NCBI GenBank assembly: GCA_026130045.1
Contig: JAIBNX010000059.1
Location: 14,913-38,912 of the forward strand
Direction of reading: 5' to 3'
DNA: 24,000 nt
From: Micromonospora sp. CPCC 205371
GTDB lineage: Bacteria > Actinomycetota > Actinomycetes > Mycobacteriales > Micromonosporaceae
Below the pieces are notes generated by a model. It saw nothing but the letters and a program-made list of their open reading frames with translations, was not told where the DNA came from and made no database searches. The position numbers and the translations under genes are program-made. This document shows, one piece after another, positions 8,500 to 15,836 of the stretch. The first letter of the stretch is position 1, and each line of letters starts with the position of its first letter.

Positions 8500-9621
8500 T
8501 GCAGGGAACCAGTCGAGGCAGACGGCGACCGCGTCGTCGACCAACTCGCCGCCGACGAACGCGCGCAGGTTCGCAAGCAGCGAGCGCACCGCTTGCAGCG
8601 GTGCCAGCAGCCGGGTGTCGCGCACGAACTGCGCCAGCTGCTGGTCGCCGTACCGGCCGGTGTCGGAGATCGCGTCGAGCACGCCGTCGCTGACCACGAA
8701 GAGCCGGTCACCCACCGCGAGATGGAAGCGCTGCTCGTGGTACAGGGTGCCCTCGAACATGCCGAGCGGGAACTGCGCCACCAACTCCTGCTCGATGACC
8801 TCGCCGTCGCGCAGGATCATCAGCCGGGGCGAGCCGGCGTCGACCGCGGTCACCAGCCCGGTCGGCAGGTCGAGCCGCAACAGCAGCGCCGCCACGTGCT
8901 GGGTGCCGCCGTGGTACGCCCACACCGCCTGGTCGGCGAGCGCCGCCTGGTCGCTGAGCTCCAGCCCGGCCCGGCGGGCGTTGCGCAGCGCGTTGGTGGC
9001 GAGGCTGCTCAGGGTGGCCGCCGCCACGCCCTCGCCCATCCCGTTGAGCGTGGTGAGGTAGACCTGGCCGGGGTCGTCGGCCCAGTCGAAGCTGTCGCCG
9101 CGCACCGCGTACGCCGGTTCGAGCTGGCCCGCGAGGCTGAACGCGGGCCGCACGCGGCTGCGGCCGGGCAGCAGCTCCCACTGCATCTCCGCCGCCAGGC
9201 TGAGCCGCTGGCTGCGGGCCGCCACCGTGTACCGGTCGGTGCTGCCTCGCACCGCCGCCAGCTCGTGGGCCAGCATGGAGGCGGTCTCGGCCAGCTCGCC
9301 CGGCTGGCCGGTCGCCGGCGCCAGCCTAAGGACCCCGAACCGCTCGCCGCGCATGGTCACCGGCAGGTAGCGCACGGCCCCGTCGATCACCTCGGCCTGC
9401 TCGTCGAACGAACGCCACGCCGGGGCGTCCACACCGGTCAGCGCCTGCCCGCCGGCGAGCGGAAGAAGAGCGGCCAACCGGTAGTCGACCTGGTAGAGCT
9501 CGGCGTCATCGATCCCGTACGCCTTGGCGAGGTGGTCGGCGAGGTGCTCGACCACGAGGTGTGCGGGCGCCTCGGCGAGTGCCCGCCGGGCCGCCGCGAG
9601 TCGTTCGTGCATCTGCCTCAC
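8497..9621 (-). CDS. PP2C-family (SpoIIE-type) serine/threonine phosphatase with an N-terminal GAF-like sensor region
   Basis: The C-terminal half has PP2C/SpoIIE motifs (RGDSFDW, LLLRLD, LFVVSDGVLDA). The N-terminal ~130 aa look like a small sensor domain. Confidence 0.8.
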   Translation of the reverse strand: MRQMHERLAAARRALAEAPAHLVVEHLADHLAKAYGIDDAELYQVDYRLAALLPLAGGQALTGVDAPAWRSFDEQAEVIDGAVRYLPVTMRGERFGVLRLAPATGQPGELAETASMLAHELAAVRGSTDRYTVAARSQRLSLAAEMQWELLPGRSRVRPAFSLAGQLEPAYAVRGDSFDWADDPGQVYLTTLNGMGEGVAAATLSSLATNALRNARRAGLELSDQAALADQAVWAYHGGTQHVAALLLRLDLPTGLVTAVDAGSPRLMILRDGEVIEQELVAQFPLGMFEGTLYHEQRFHLAVGDRLFVVSDGVLDAISDTGRYGDQQLAQFVRDTRLLAPLQAVRSLLANLRAFVGGELVDDAVAVCLDWFPA

Positions 9622-9664
9622 CGCCAGCCATCCGAACCGTCACAGGAGTAGTCTCGGCTCCACC

Positions 9665-10153
9665 ATGTCCGGAAACCATGGGTCGGACGGGCCGGACCAG
9701 AGTATCGCCGCCGCCGTCGACGAGGCGGCGGAGGCGTTGCTGGGCGTGTGGGAAGCGACCCGCGAGCAGGCGTCCAGCCGGTTGTCCGGTTCGCAGCTGC
9801 GTGCGTTGCTCTTCGTCGAGCGCGAAGAGGGCGTCAACCTGCGCGGACTGGCCACCGGGCTCGGCATGATCCTCTCGTCCGCGAGCCGCCTCTGCGACCG
9901 GCTGGTCGCGGCCGGTGTCCTGGAGCGCGAGCCGGGGCGCGCCGACCGCCGCGAGATCGCACTGCACCTCACCGCCGCCGGGCACGCGCTGCTGGGCGAG
10001 CTGCGCGCCGAGCGCCGGGCCCGGCTCGCCAAGGTGCTGGACGGCATGACCGAAGCCGGCCGCGACGCACTCCTTCGTGGCCTCCGCGAGTTCAACGCCG
10101 CCTCGGACCACCATCGTGATCAGGGCGTCCCTCAAGTCTTAAGAGCGACTTGA
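9665..10153 (+). CDS. MarR-family transcriptional regulator
   Basis: Winged-HTH core (LSGSQLRALLFVEREEGVNLRGLATGLGMILSSASRLCDRLVAAGVLEREPGRADRREIALHLTAAG). I place the start at ATG 9665 (MSGNHGSD). The track start at 9524 lies inside the divergent PP2C gene and encodes Arg/Ala/Ser-rich off-frame sequence. Confidence 0.8.
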   Translation: MSGNHGSDGPDQSIAAAVDEAAEALLGVWEATREQASSRLSGSQLRALLFVEREEGVNLRGLATGLGMILSSASRLCDRLVAAGVLEREPGRADRREIALHLTAAGHALLGELRAERRARLAKVLDGMTEAGRDALLRGLREFNAASDHHRDQGVPQVLRAT

Positions 10154-10169
10154 GGGACGCCCTGATCAC
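10116..10169. terminator. 54-nt inverted repeat (perfect 23-bp stem, 8-nt loop), probable bidirectional terminator or REP-like element
   Basis: GTGATCAGGGCGTCCCTCAAGTC (10116-10138) and its exact reverse complement (10147-10169) flank the loop TTAAGAGC. The element contains the marR stop (10151-10153) and the ROK gene stop (complement of 10166-10168). Confidence 0.6.
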
Positions 10170-11344
10170 GGGAGAAGGGCGCGGGACAGCCACCTTGCCG
10201 GGTGGTCGCGGATCTCCCGCACCACCGCGCCTGCCGCCCCGACCGAAGCCGCGTCGGCACCGAGCAACGACCGGCGCACCCCGACCGGCGACCACGCCGC
10301 GGTCAGCACCCGGCGCTCGACCTCGGCCTCGACGGGCGGGCAGAGCCAGCTAGACAGCGGGGCGTAGACGCCGCCGAGTACGACGGTGTCGAGGTCCAGC
10401 ACGTTGACCACGCCGGCGACCGCCACACCGAGGGCGGTGCCGGCGTTCGTAAGTGCCTCGTGTGTCGCGGGATCGCCGTCTTCGGCTCGCCGCATCAGCT
10501 CCTCGGTGTCCGCGGTGCCAGCCGCGCGCAGTATGGCCTCCTGGCCGGCGTACTGCTCGAGGCAGCCCTGGGCGCCGCAACGGCAGGTCGGCCCGTCCGG
10601 GCGGACGGCCACGTGACCGAGCTCGCCGCTCCAGCCGCGGGCACCCCGGTAGAGGGCGCCGTTCAGCACGATGCCGGCGCCGATGCCGATCTCGCCGGAG
10701 ACGTACAGGAAGCTGGTCGGGCCCGGTGGGCCGGTGTGCAGCTCGCCCAGCGCCGCCAGGTTGGCCTCGTTGTCGACGGTCACGGTGAGTCCGTCGAGTC
10801 CGAGCCGAGCGGGCACGTCGACGTCGCGCCAGCCGAGGTTGGGCGCGAGCCGGACGAGGCCGCCGGCTGCCACCAGACCCGGCACGGCGACCGCCGCCCC
10901 GGCCACCTCGACGCCCTCGCGCTCCGCGCGGTCGCGGGCCGTCGCGGCCAGCTCGGCCAGCTCACCCAGAACCTCGTCCGGCCGGCGTGGGCGCTGGTCC
11001 GCGCGGCGTACACGATGATGCCGGACCGCACCCGCGAGATCGACGACGCAGGCGGCGAGGTAGTCGATGTTGATCTCCAGGCCCAGCCCCGCCGGACCGT
11101 TCGCGGCCAGCACGAGGCCAGCCGCCGGGCGGCCCGCGCCGGCCCGCGGCGCCGGGTCGACCTCGGCCAGCAGCCGGCCGGTGATCAGGTCGTCGACCAG
11201 CGCGGACACGGTGGCGCGGGTGAGACTGGTAGCGGCCGCGATGTCGGCCCGCGACGGCGGCCGGGGCGCGCTCGCGACCTGCCGCAGGACCAGCCCGAGG
11301 TTGTGCTCGCGCAGCGAGCCCTGCCGCACGGGAAGGTCACTCAT
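10166..11344 (-). CDS. xylR: ROK-family transcriptional repressor, likely xylose repressor
   Basis: N-terminal wHTH (SRADIAAATSLTRATVSALVDDLITGRLL) and a ROK sugar-kinase-like body with GELGH and the Zn motif CRCGAQGCLE. It is divergently adjacent to xylA-xylB, the classical XylR position in actinomycetes. Confidence 0.7.
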   Translation of the reverse strand: MSDLPVRQGSLREHNLGLVLRQVASAPRPPSRADIAAATSLTRATVSALVDDLITGRLLAEVDPAPRAGAGRPAAGLVLAANGPAGLGLEINIDYLAACVVDLAGAVRHHRVRRADQRPRRPDEVLGELAELAATARDRAEREGVEVAGAAVAVPGLVAAGGLVRLAPNLGWRDVDVPARLGLDGLTVTVDNEANLAALGELHTGPPGPTSFLYVSGEIGIGAGIVLNGALYRGARGWSGELGHVAVRPDGPTCRCGAQGCLEQYAGQEAILRAAGTADTEELMRRAEDGDPATHEALTNAGTALGVAVAGVVNVLDLDTVVLGGVYAPLSSWLCPPVEAEVERRVLTAAWSPVGVRRSLLGADAASVGAAGAVVREIRDHPARWLSRALLP

Positions 11345-11348
11345 GGCC

Positions 11349-11389
11349 TTGACAGTGCCATAGCCACGGCAAATAATTCAACCGTTGAA
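11349..11389 (+). promoter_or_regulatory. candidate xylA promoter (TTGACA, about 18 nt, ATAATT) overlapping the palindrome TTCAAC-C-GTTGAA (candidate XylR operator)
   Basis: TTGACA at 11349-11354 and ATAATT at 11373-11378. The 13-bp inverted repeat at 11377-11389 overlaps the -10 hexamer by two bases and runs downstream of it. GGAGG at 11409-11413 precedes ATG 11419. Confidence 0.4.
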
Positions 11390-11418
11390 CAAATCAGAGA
11401 CATGTCCTGGAGGTCACG

Positions 11419-12606
11419 ATGAGCGTCCAGCCCACCCGCGCCGACAAGTTCTCGTTTGGCCTCTGGACCGTCGGCTGGCAGGCCCGCGACCCGTTCGGCG
11501 ACGCGACCCGCGCGCCCCTCGACCCGGTCGAGGCGGTGCACAAGCTCTCCGAGCTCGGCGCCTACGGGCTGACCTTCCACGACGACGACCTGGTCCCGTT
11601 CGGGTCCGACAGCGCGACGCGCGACGACCACATCGGGCGGTTCCGCAAGGCGCTCGACGAGACCGGCATGGTGGTGCCGATGGTGACCACCAACCTGTTC
11701 ACCCACCCGGTGTTCAAGGACGGTGGCTTCACCAGCAACGACCGCTCGGTCCGGCGATACGCGCTGCGTAAGGTGCTGCGCAACCTCGACCTGGCCGCCG
11801 ACCTGGGTGCACAGACCTTCGTCATGTGGGGCGGCCGAGAAGGCGCCGAGTACGACCACGCCAAGGACGTGCGCGCCGCGCTCGACCGGTACAAGGAGGC
11901 CGTCGACCTGCTGGCGCAGTACGTGATCGACCAGGGCTACGGGCTGCGCTTCGCGATCGAGCCTAAGCCCAACGAGCCGCGCGGCGACATCCTGCTGCCG
12001 ACCGTCGGGCACGCGCTGGCGTTCATCTCCAACCTGGCGCACCCCGAGCTGGTCGGGCTCAACCCGGAGGTCGGCCACGAGCAGATGGCCGGACTCAACT
12101 TCGCACACGGCATCGCGCAGGCGCTGTGGCACGGCAAGCTCTTCCACATCGACCTGAACGGCCAGCGAGGCATCAAGTTCGACCAAGACCTGGTCTTCGG
12201 GCACGGTGATCTGCTCAACGCGTTCGCGCTGGTCGACCTGCTGGAAAACGGCGGACCGGCGGGCGGGCCCGCCTACGAGGGGCCGCGGCACTTCGACTAC
12301 AAGCCGTCCCGCACCGAGGACTACACCGGCGTGTGGGAGTCGGCCAAGGCCAACATGAAGATGTACCTGCTGCTCAAGGAGCGGGCCGCGGCCTTCCGGG
12401 CCGACCCGGAGGTCCAGGAGGCGCTCGCCGCCGCTCGGGTGGCCGAGCTCTCGAAGCCCACGCTGAACGATGGCGAGACCTACCAGGACCTGCTCGCCGA
12501 CCGCTCGGCGTTCGAAGACTTCGACCCCGACGCGGTGGGCGAACGGGGCTACGGCTTCGTCCGCCTCAACCAGCTCGCGGCCGAGCACGCGCTCGGCGCG
12601 CGCTGA
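11419..12606 (+). CDS. xylA: xylose isomerase (class I, actinobacterial type)
   Basis: The 395-aa protein is near-collinear with the Actinoplanes/Streptomyces glucose isomerases as I recall them ([58 protein letters not shown]). Confidence 0.97.
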   Translation: MSVQPTRADKFSFGLWTVGWQARDPFGDATRAPLDPVEAVHKLSELGAYGLTFHDDDLVPFGSDSATRDDHIGRFRKALDETGMVVPMVTTNLFTHPVFKDGGFTSNDRSVRRYALRKVLRNLDLAADLGAQTFVMWGGREGAEYDHAKDVRAALDRYKEAVDLLAQYVIDQGYGLRFAIEPKPNEPRGDILLPTVGHALAFISNLAHPELVGLNPEVGHEQMAGLNFAHGIAQALWHGKLFHIDLNGQRGIKFDQDLVFGHGDLLNAFALVDLLENGGPAGGPAYEGPRHFDYKPSRTEDYTGVWESAKANMKMYLLLKERAAAFRADPEVQEALAAARVAELSKPTLNDGETYQDLLADRSAFEDFDPDAVGERGYGFVRLNQLAAEHALGAR

Positions 12607-12623
12607 CACTGGGAGGGCCCAAG

Positions 12624-14036
12624 ATGCTGGTCGCCGGCGTCGACTCGTCCACACAGTCCTGCAAGGTCGTCATCCGTGACGCGGAGTCCGGAGAGCTGGT
12701 CCGCGAGGGGCGGGCCAGCCATCCGGACGGCACCGAGGTGCACCCCGACGCGTGGTGGTCGGCGCTCCAGGAGGCCGTGGCACAGGCCGGCGGGCTCGAC
12801 GACGTCGCCGCCGCGGCGGTGGCCGGGCAGCAGCACGGCATGGTGTGCCTCGACGAGCACGGCGAGGTCGTCCGGCCGGCCCTGCTGTGGAACGACACCC
12901 GCTCGGCCGGCGCCGCCAGCGACCTGATCGAGGAGTTCGGCGGCGGCCAGGCCTGGGCCGACGCGGTGGGTCTCGTACCGGTGGCCAGCTTCACCATCAC
13001 CAAGCTGCGGTGGCTGGCCCGCCACGAGCCAGAGGCCGCCGACCGCACCGCCGCCGTCTGCCTGCCGCACGACTGGCTGACCTGGAAGCTCGCCGGCGCG
13101 CAGGGGCTCGACGCCCTGCGCACCGACCGCAGCGACGCCAGCGGCACCGGGTACTGGTCCGCCGCCACCGGCGCGTACCGGCTCGACCTGCTGCGGCACG
13201 CGTTCGAGCGGGAGCCGCTCGTGCCGGTGGTGCTGGGCCCGACCGAGCCGGCGGGCGGGCTGCCCTCCGGTGCGCCGCTCGGCCCTGGTGCCGGCGACAA
13301 CGCCGCCGCTGGGCTGGGCGCCGGCGCCCTTCCGGGCGACGTCGTGGTCTCCATCGGCACCTCCGGCACGGTTTTCAGCGTCGCCGACACCCCGGCCGCC
13401 GACCCGACCGGCATCGTGGCCGGGTTCGCCGACTGCACCGGGCGGTACCTGCCGCTGGTGTGCACGCTCAACGCGGCCCGGGTGCTCGACGCGGCCGCCG
13501 CGCTGCTCGGGGTCGACCACGAAGAGCTGTCCCGCCTCGCGCTGAGTGCGCCTGCCGGCGCCGACGGGCTGGTGCTCGTGCCGTACCTGGAAGGCGAGCG
13601 CACCCCCAACCGGCCACTGGCGACCGGTTCGGTGCACGGGCTCACGCTCGGCACCTCGACACCGGCGCACCTGGCCCGAGCGGCCGTCGAAGGCATGCTG
13701 TGCGCCCTCGCCGACGGCCTCGACGCCCTGGTGGCGCAGGGCTCGACGGTCAACCGCGTGGTACTGGTCGGCGGCGGAGCCCGGTCCGAGGCGGTGCGCC
13801 GCATCGCACCCGAGGTCTTCGGGTGCCCGGTCGTCGTGCCGCCGCCAGGCGAGTACGTCGCCGATGGGGCGGCCCGGCAGGCGGCGTGGATCGCCGTCGG
13901 CGGTGCGGAGGCGCCGGCATGGACAGGGCGCGAGGCTCCGGAGTACGCCGCTCCGCAGTATGAGGGGAAGCCCGTGCCGCACATCCGGGAGCGGTACGCC
14001 TCAGCGCGCGACCACATCCTTCCCAGGGTCGCCTGA
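12624..14036 (+). CDS. xylB: xylulokinase (FGGY carbohydrate kinase family)
   Basis: [20 protein letters not shown]-terminus, then GDNAAAGLG and VLVGGGARS motifs. GGGAGGG precedes ATG 12624. The track start at 12333 lies inside xylA in another frame. Confidence 0.9.
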   Translation: MLVAGVDSSTQSCKVVIRDAESGELVREGRASHPDGTEVHPDAWWSALQEAVAQAGGLDDVAAAAVAGQQHGMVCLDEHGEVVRPALLWNDTRSAGAASDLIEEFGGGQAWADAVGLVPVASFTITKLRWLARHEPEAADRTAAVCLPHDWLTWKLAGAQGLDALRTDRSDASGTGYWSAATGAYRLDLLRHAFEREPLVPVVLGPTEPAGGLPSGAPLGPGAGDNAAAGLGAGALPGDVVVSIGTSGTVFSVADTPAADPTGIVAGFADCTGRYLPLVCTLNAARVLDAAAALLGVDHEELSRLALSAPAGADGLVLVPYLEGERTPNRPLATGSVHGLTLGTSTPAHLARAAVEGMLCALADGLDALVAQGSTVNRVVLVGGGARSEAVRRIAPEVFGCPVVVPPPGEYVADGAARQAAWIAVGGAEAPAWTGREAPEYAAPQYEGKPVPHIRERYASARDHILPRVA

Positions 14037-14058
14037 CAGGGCCGTATAGGGTGGTGCC

Positions 14059-14784
14059 GTGGTCGACCGGTGGGAGGCGGAGCTCATCGCGGCGCCATGG
14101 GTCAACCAGGACCTTTCGGTTGGCGCGGCGCGCGATTACGAGGTGCACGAGTTCGACCTGGGGTACGCCTTTTCGCGAGTCTTGCCGATGGGCACGGCCG
14201 AAGACGTGGGCTCCGGGCGGATCGTCATTGACAAGAAAAACGGCGAGCTGACGTACTGGCCGTCTTCCCCGATCCCGGAGATCGTCGACCAGTACCGGGC
14301 GTTCCGCGCCGATACGCCGGCGGCGCCGCTCAGCTGGGACCCGGTCGTGCGCGCCCGGCACGACCGCGTGCGGGCGGCCTACCCGGTCGACGTCACCCAC
14401 CTCGGGCTGCCTCGCGGCCGGATGCGGATGGCGCAGACCATGAAGGGCGAAGGCACGCCCAACCTGCACCCCCTGGTGCGTGAGTTCCTCGACGACCTTC
14501 CCGTGCGATACCGCGAACGCGGCAGCGACCGGTGCGCCGAGGTGGCCGCGCTCTCCGACGCCCTGCACGCCGAAGACGCCCGCCGCGCGCTGTCCGGCGA
14601 GCCGCCGATCACCCTCGACGACGCCCGCACCGGCCTGCTGGCCGGCGCCGACCTGGTCACGTACCGCGTCCGCGAGCCCGGCGACCCCACCGGTGGGCAG
14701 CCCACGTCGCCGTGCGTGTCGTGCCAGGCGCTGCTGCTTCACTTCGGCTTCGCCCTCCAGCCCCCTTCGGAGGACGCGGTATGA
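14059..14784 (+). CDS. deaminase-fold protein (YwqJ-like / toxin-type nucleic-acid deaminase signature) with an N-terminal YrhB-like module
   Basis: CAE at nt 14533-14541 and PCVSC at nt 14710-14724 form the C/H-A-E...PCxxC zinc signature of the cytidine-deaminase fold. The C-terminal ...PCVSCQALLLHFGF resembles the tails of actinobacterial YwqJ-related deaminases. The N-terminal ~80 aa (YEVHEFDLGYAF...GRIVIDKKNGELTYWPS) follows the YrhB/immunity-type pattern. I see no signal peptide or LXG, WXG or Rhs module. GTG start. Confidence 0.7.
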   Translation: MVDRWEAELIAAPWVNQDLSVGAARDYEVHEFDLGYAFSRVLPMGTAEDVGSGRIVIDKKNGELTYWPSSPIPEIVDQYRAFRADTPAAPLSWDPVVRARHDRVRAAYPVDVTHLGLPRGRMRMAQTMKGEGTPNLHPLVREFLDDLPVRYRERGSDRCAEVAALSDALHAEDARRALSGEPPITLDDARTGLLAGADLVTYRVREPGDPTGGQPTSPCVSCQALLLHFGFALQPPSEDAV

Positions 14785-15836
14785 GCGAGCGCTTCGCACC
14801 CGACGTCGAGGCCGCGCTGCGCGACGCCGGCTGGCATCCGGGCCGCACGCTCGACGCCGAGGCACTCGCCGAGATGCATCGCGCGGTCTCCGCGCAGAGC
14901 GGCGTCTTCGGCGGCAAGCTGACCGTCTCGTTCGCCGCCGATCCGGTACTGGCCGAGTTCGGGGGCCTGGTCATCGGTGGTGACCGGGAAGGGCTCCAGG
15001 TCAGTCCCCGCCCGTTCGCCATCGACCCCAGGATGGCCGCGCACAGCGTCGAGACGCTCATCGACGCCGGCCGCGCACTCGGCACCCGGCTCTACCCCAT
15101 CGGCGTTGAAGGGGACGACGAGGCGGTGCTCGCCATCGCCTCCACCGGTGCGGTGCTCGCCATCGACTCCGTCGGCGAGTGGCTCCTCGGCGACACGTTC
15201 GACGAGGCCCTGGAGACGCTTGTCACCGGTCGAGCGCCACGACTGCTGCCCACCGGCGGCATCCACGAGCCCGACTGGCTCCCGCCGCCCCCCGACGAGC
15301 TGGCACAGGGTGACCTGCTGCCGCAGTGGGGCCTGAAACGCCCGATCGGTGCGGCGTTCTACCTGCCCCGCACCCCGGCCAACCTGCATTACGTGTTGCT
15401 TCCCAGCCTGCTCAGCAGGATCGGCACCGTGCCCTGGGTCAACGAATCCGACCCCGTCACGTTCTGGGTGGAGTGGGGCGGTCACAGCTGCGAGGTGCGG
15501 CTGCTCGACCTGGTGGAAAACTACACGGTACTCGTGCTCGCCTTCGAACAGCGCGCATTCCGCGAGCGGGGTGGCCAGGCGGTCCAGGAGGCATTCCGCA
15601 ACGCTTGCGCGGGGCTCGCGCCCGACCTGGACGCGGCCTTCCTGCATGTGCGACGCGTGCCCAACCTGCTCCAGGTCGTGGTCGATCGGGCGTACGACGT
15701 GGTCACCGCCGACGGTGACGTGCTCGTCGACCAGGGCTTCGAGCTGCTGTACCTGACCGACAAGATGGACTACGGGGTGGCGCCCCGCGACGAGTTGCCG
15801 GTCACCGGCGGCCACCTCTTCGCCGGGTCGCTATGA
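14781..15836 (+). CDS. SUKH-3-type immunity-family protein with a ~190-aa uncharacterised C-terminal extension
   Basis: The ATG at 14781 overlaps the upstream stop (ATGA). The first ~160 aa match the SUKH-3 pattern as I recall it (AALRDAGWHPGR...LAEFGGL...PFAIDP...LYPIGVEGDDEAVLAIASTGAVLAID...GDTFDEALETLVTG). I recognise no motif in the C-terminal half. The track start at 14532 is an out-of-frame run inside the deaminase gene. Confidence 0.75.
   Translation: MSERFAPDVEAALRDAGWHPGRTLDAEALAEMHRAVSAQSGVFGGKLTVSFAADPVLAEFGGLVIGGDREGLQVSPRPFAIDPRMAAHSVETLIDAGRALGTRLYPIGVEGDDEAVLAIASTGAVLAIDSVGEWLLGDTFDEALETLVTGRAPRLLPTGGIHEPDWLPPPPDELAQGDLLPQWGLKRPIGAAFYLPRTPANLHYVLLPSLLSRIGTVPWVNESDPVTFWVEWGGHSCEVRLLDLVENYTVLVLAFEQRAFRERGGQAVQEAFRNACAGLAPDLDAAFLHVRRVPNLLQVVVDRAYDVVTADGDVLVDQGFELLYLTDKMDYGVAPRDELPVTGGHLFAGSL

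Noticed and set aside
10116-10169. Inverted repeat as the termini of an IS element or MITE
   Set aside because: The arms are separated by only 8 nt, no transposase is present, and there is no obvious target-site duplication. A terminator or REP-like palindrome is the more economical reading, although I could not check genome copy number.
12333-12623. N-terminal extension of xylB proposed by the ORF track (start 12333); likewise 9524-9664 for marR, 14532-14780 for the SUKH-3 gene and 994-1092 for lutC
   Set aside because: The extensions lie inside the preceding gene in another frame and encode Arg/Pro-rich sequence. Internal starts with SD-like sequences or ATGA/GTGA coupling give canonical N-termini.
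11341-14865. Series of long minus-strand ORFs (11341-12654, 12549-13982, 12566-14017, 13750-14865) antisense to xylA, xylB and the deaminase
   Set aside because: They are antisense to unambiguous xylA/xylB. The translations are Arg/Gly/Pro-rich without motifs, which is the classic GC-rich shadow-ORF pattern.
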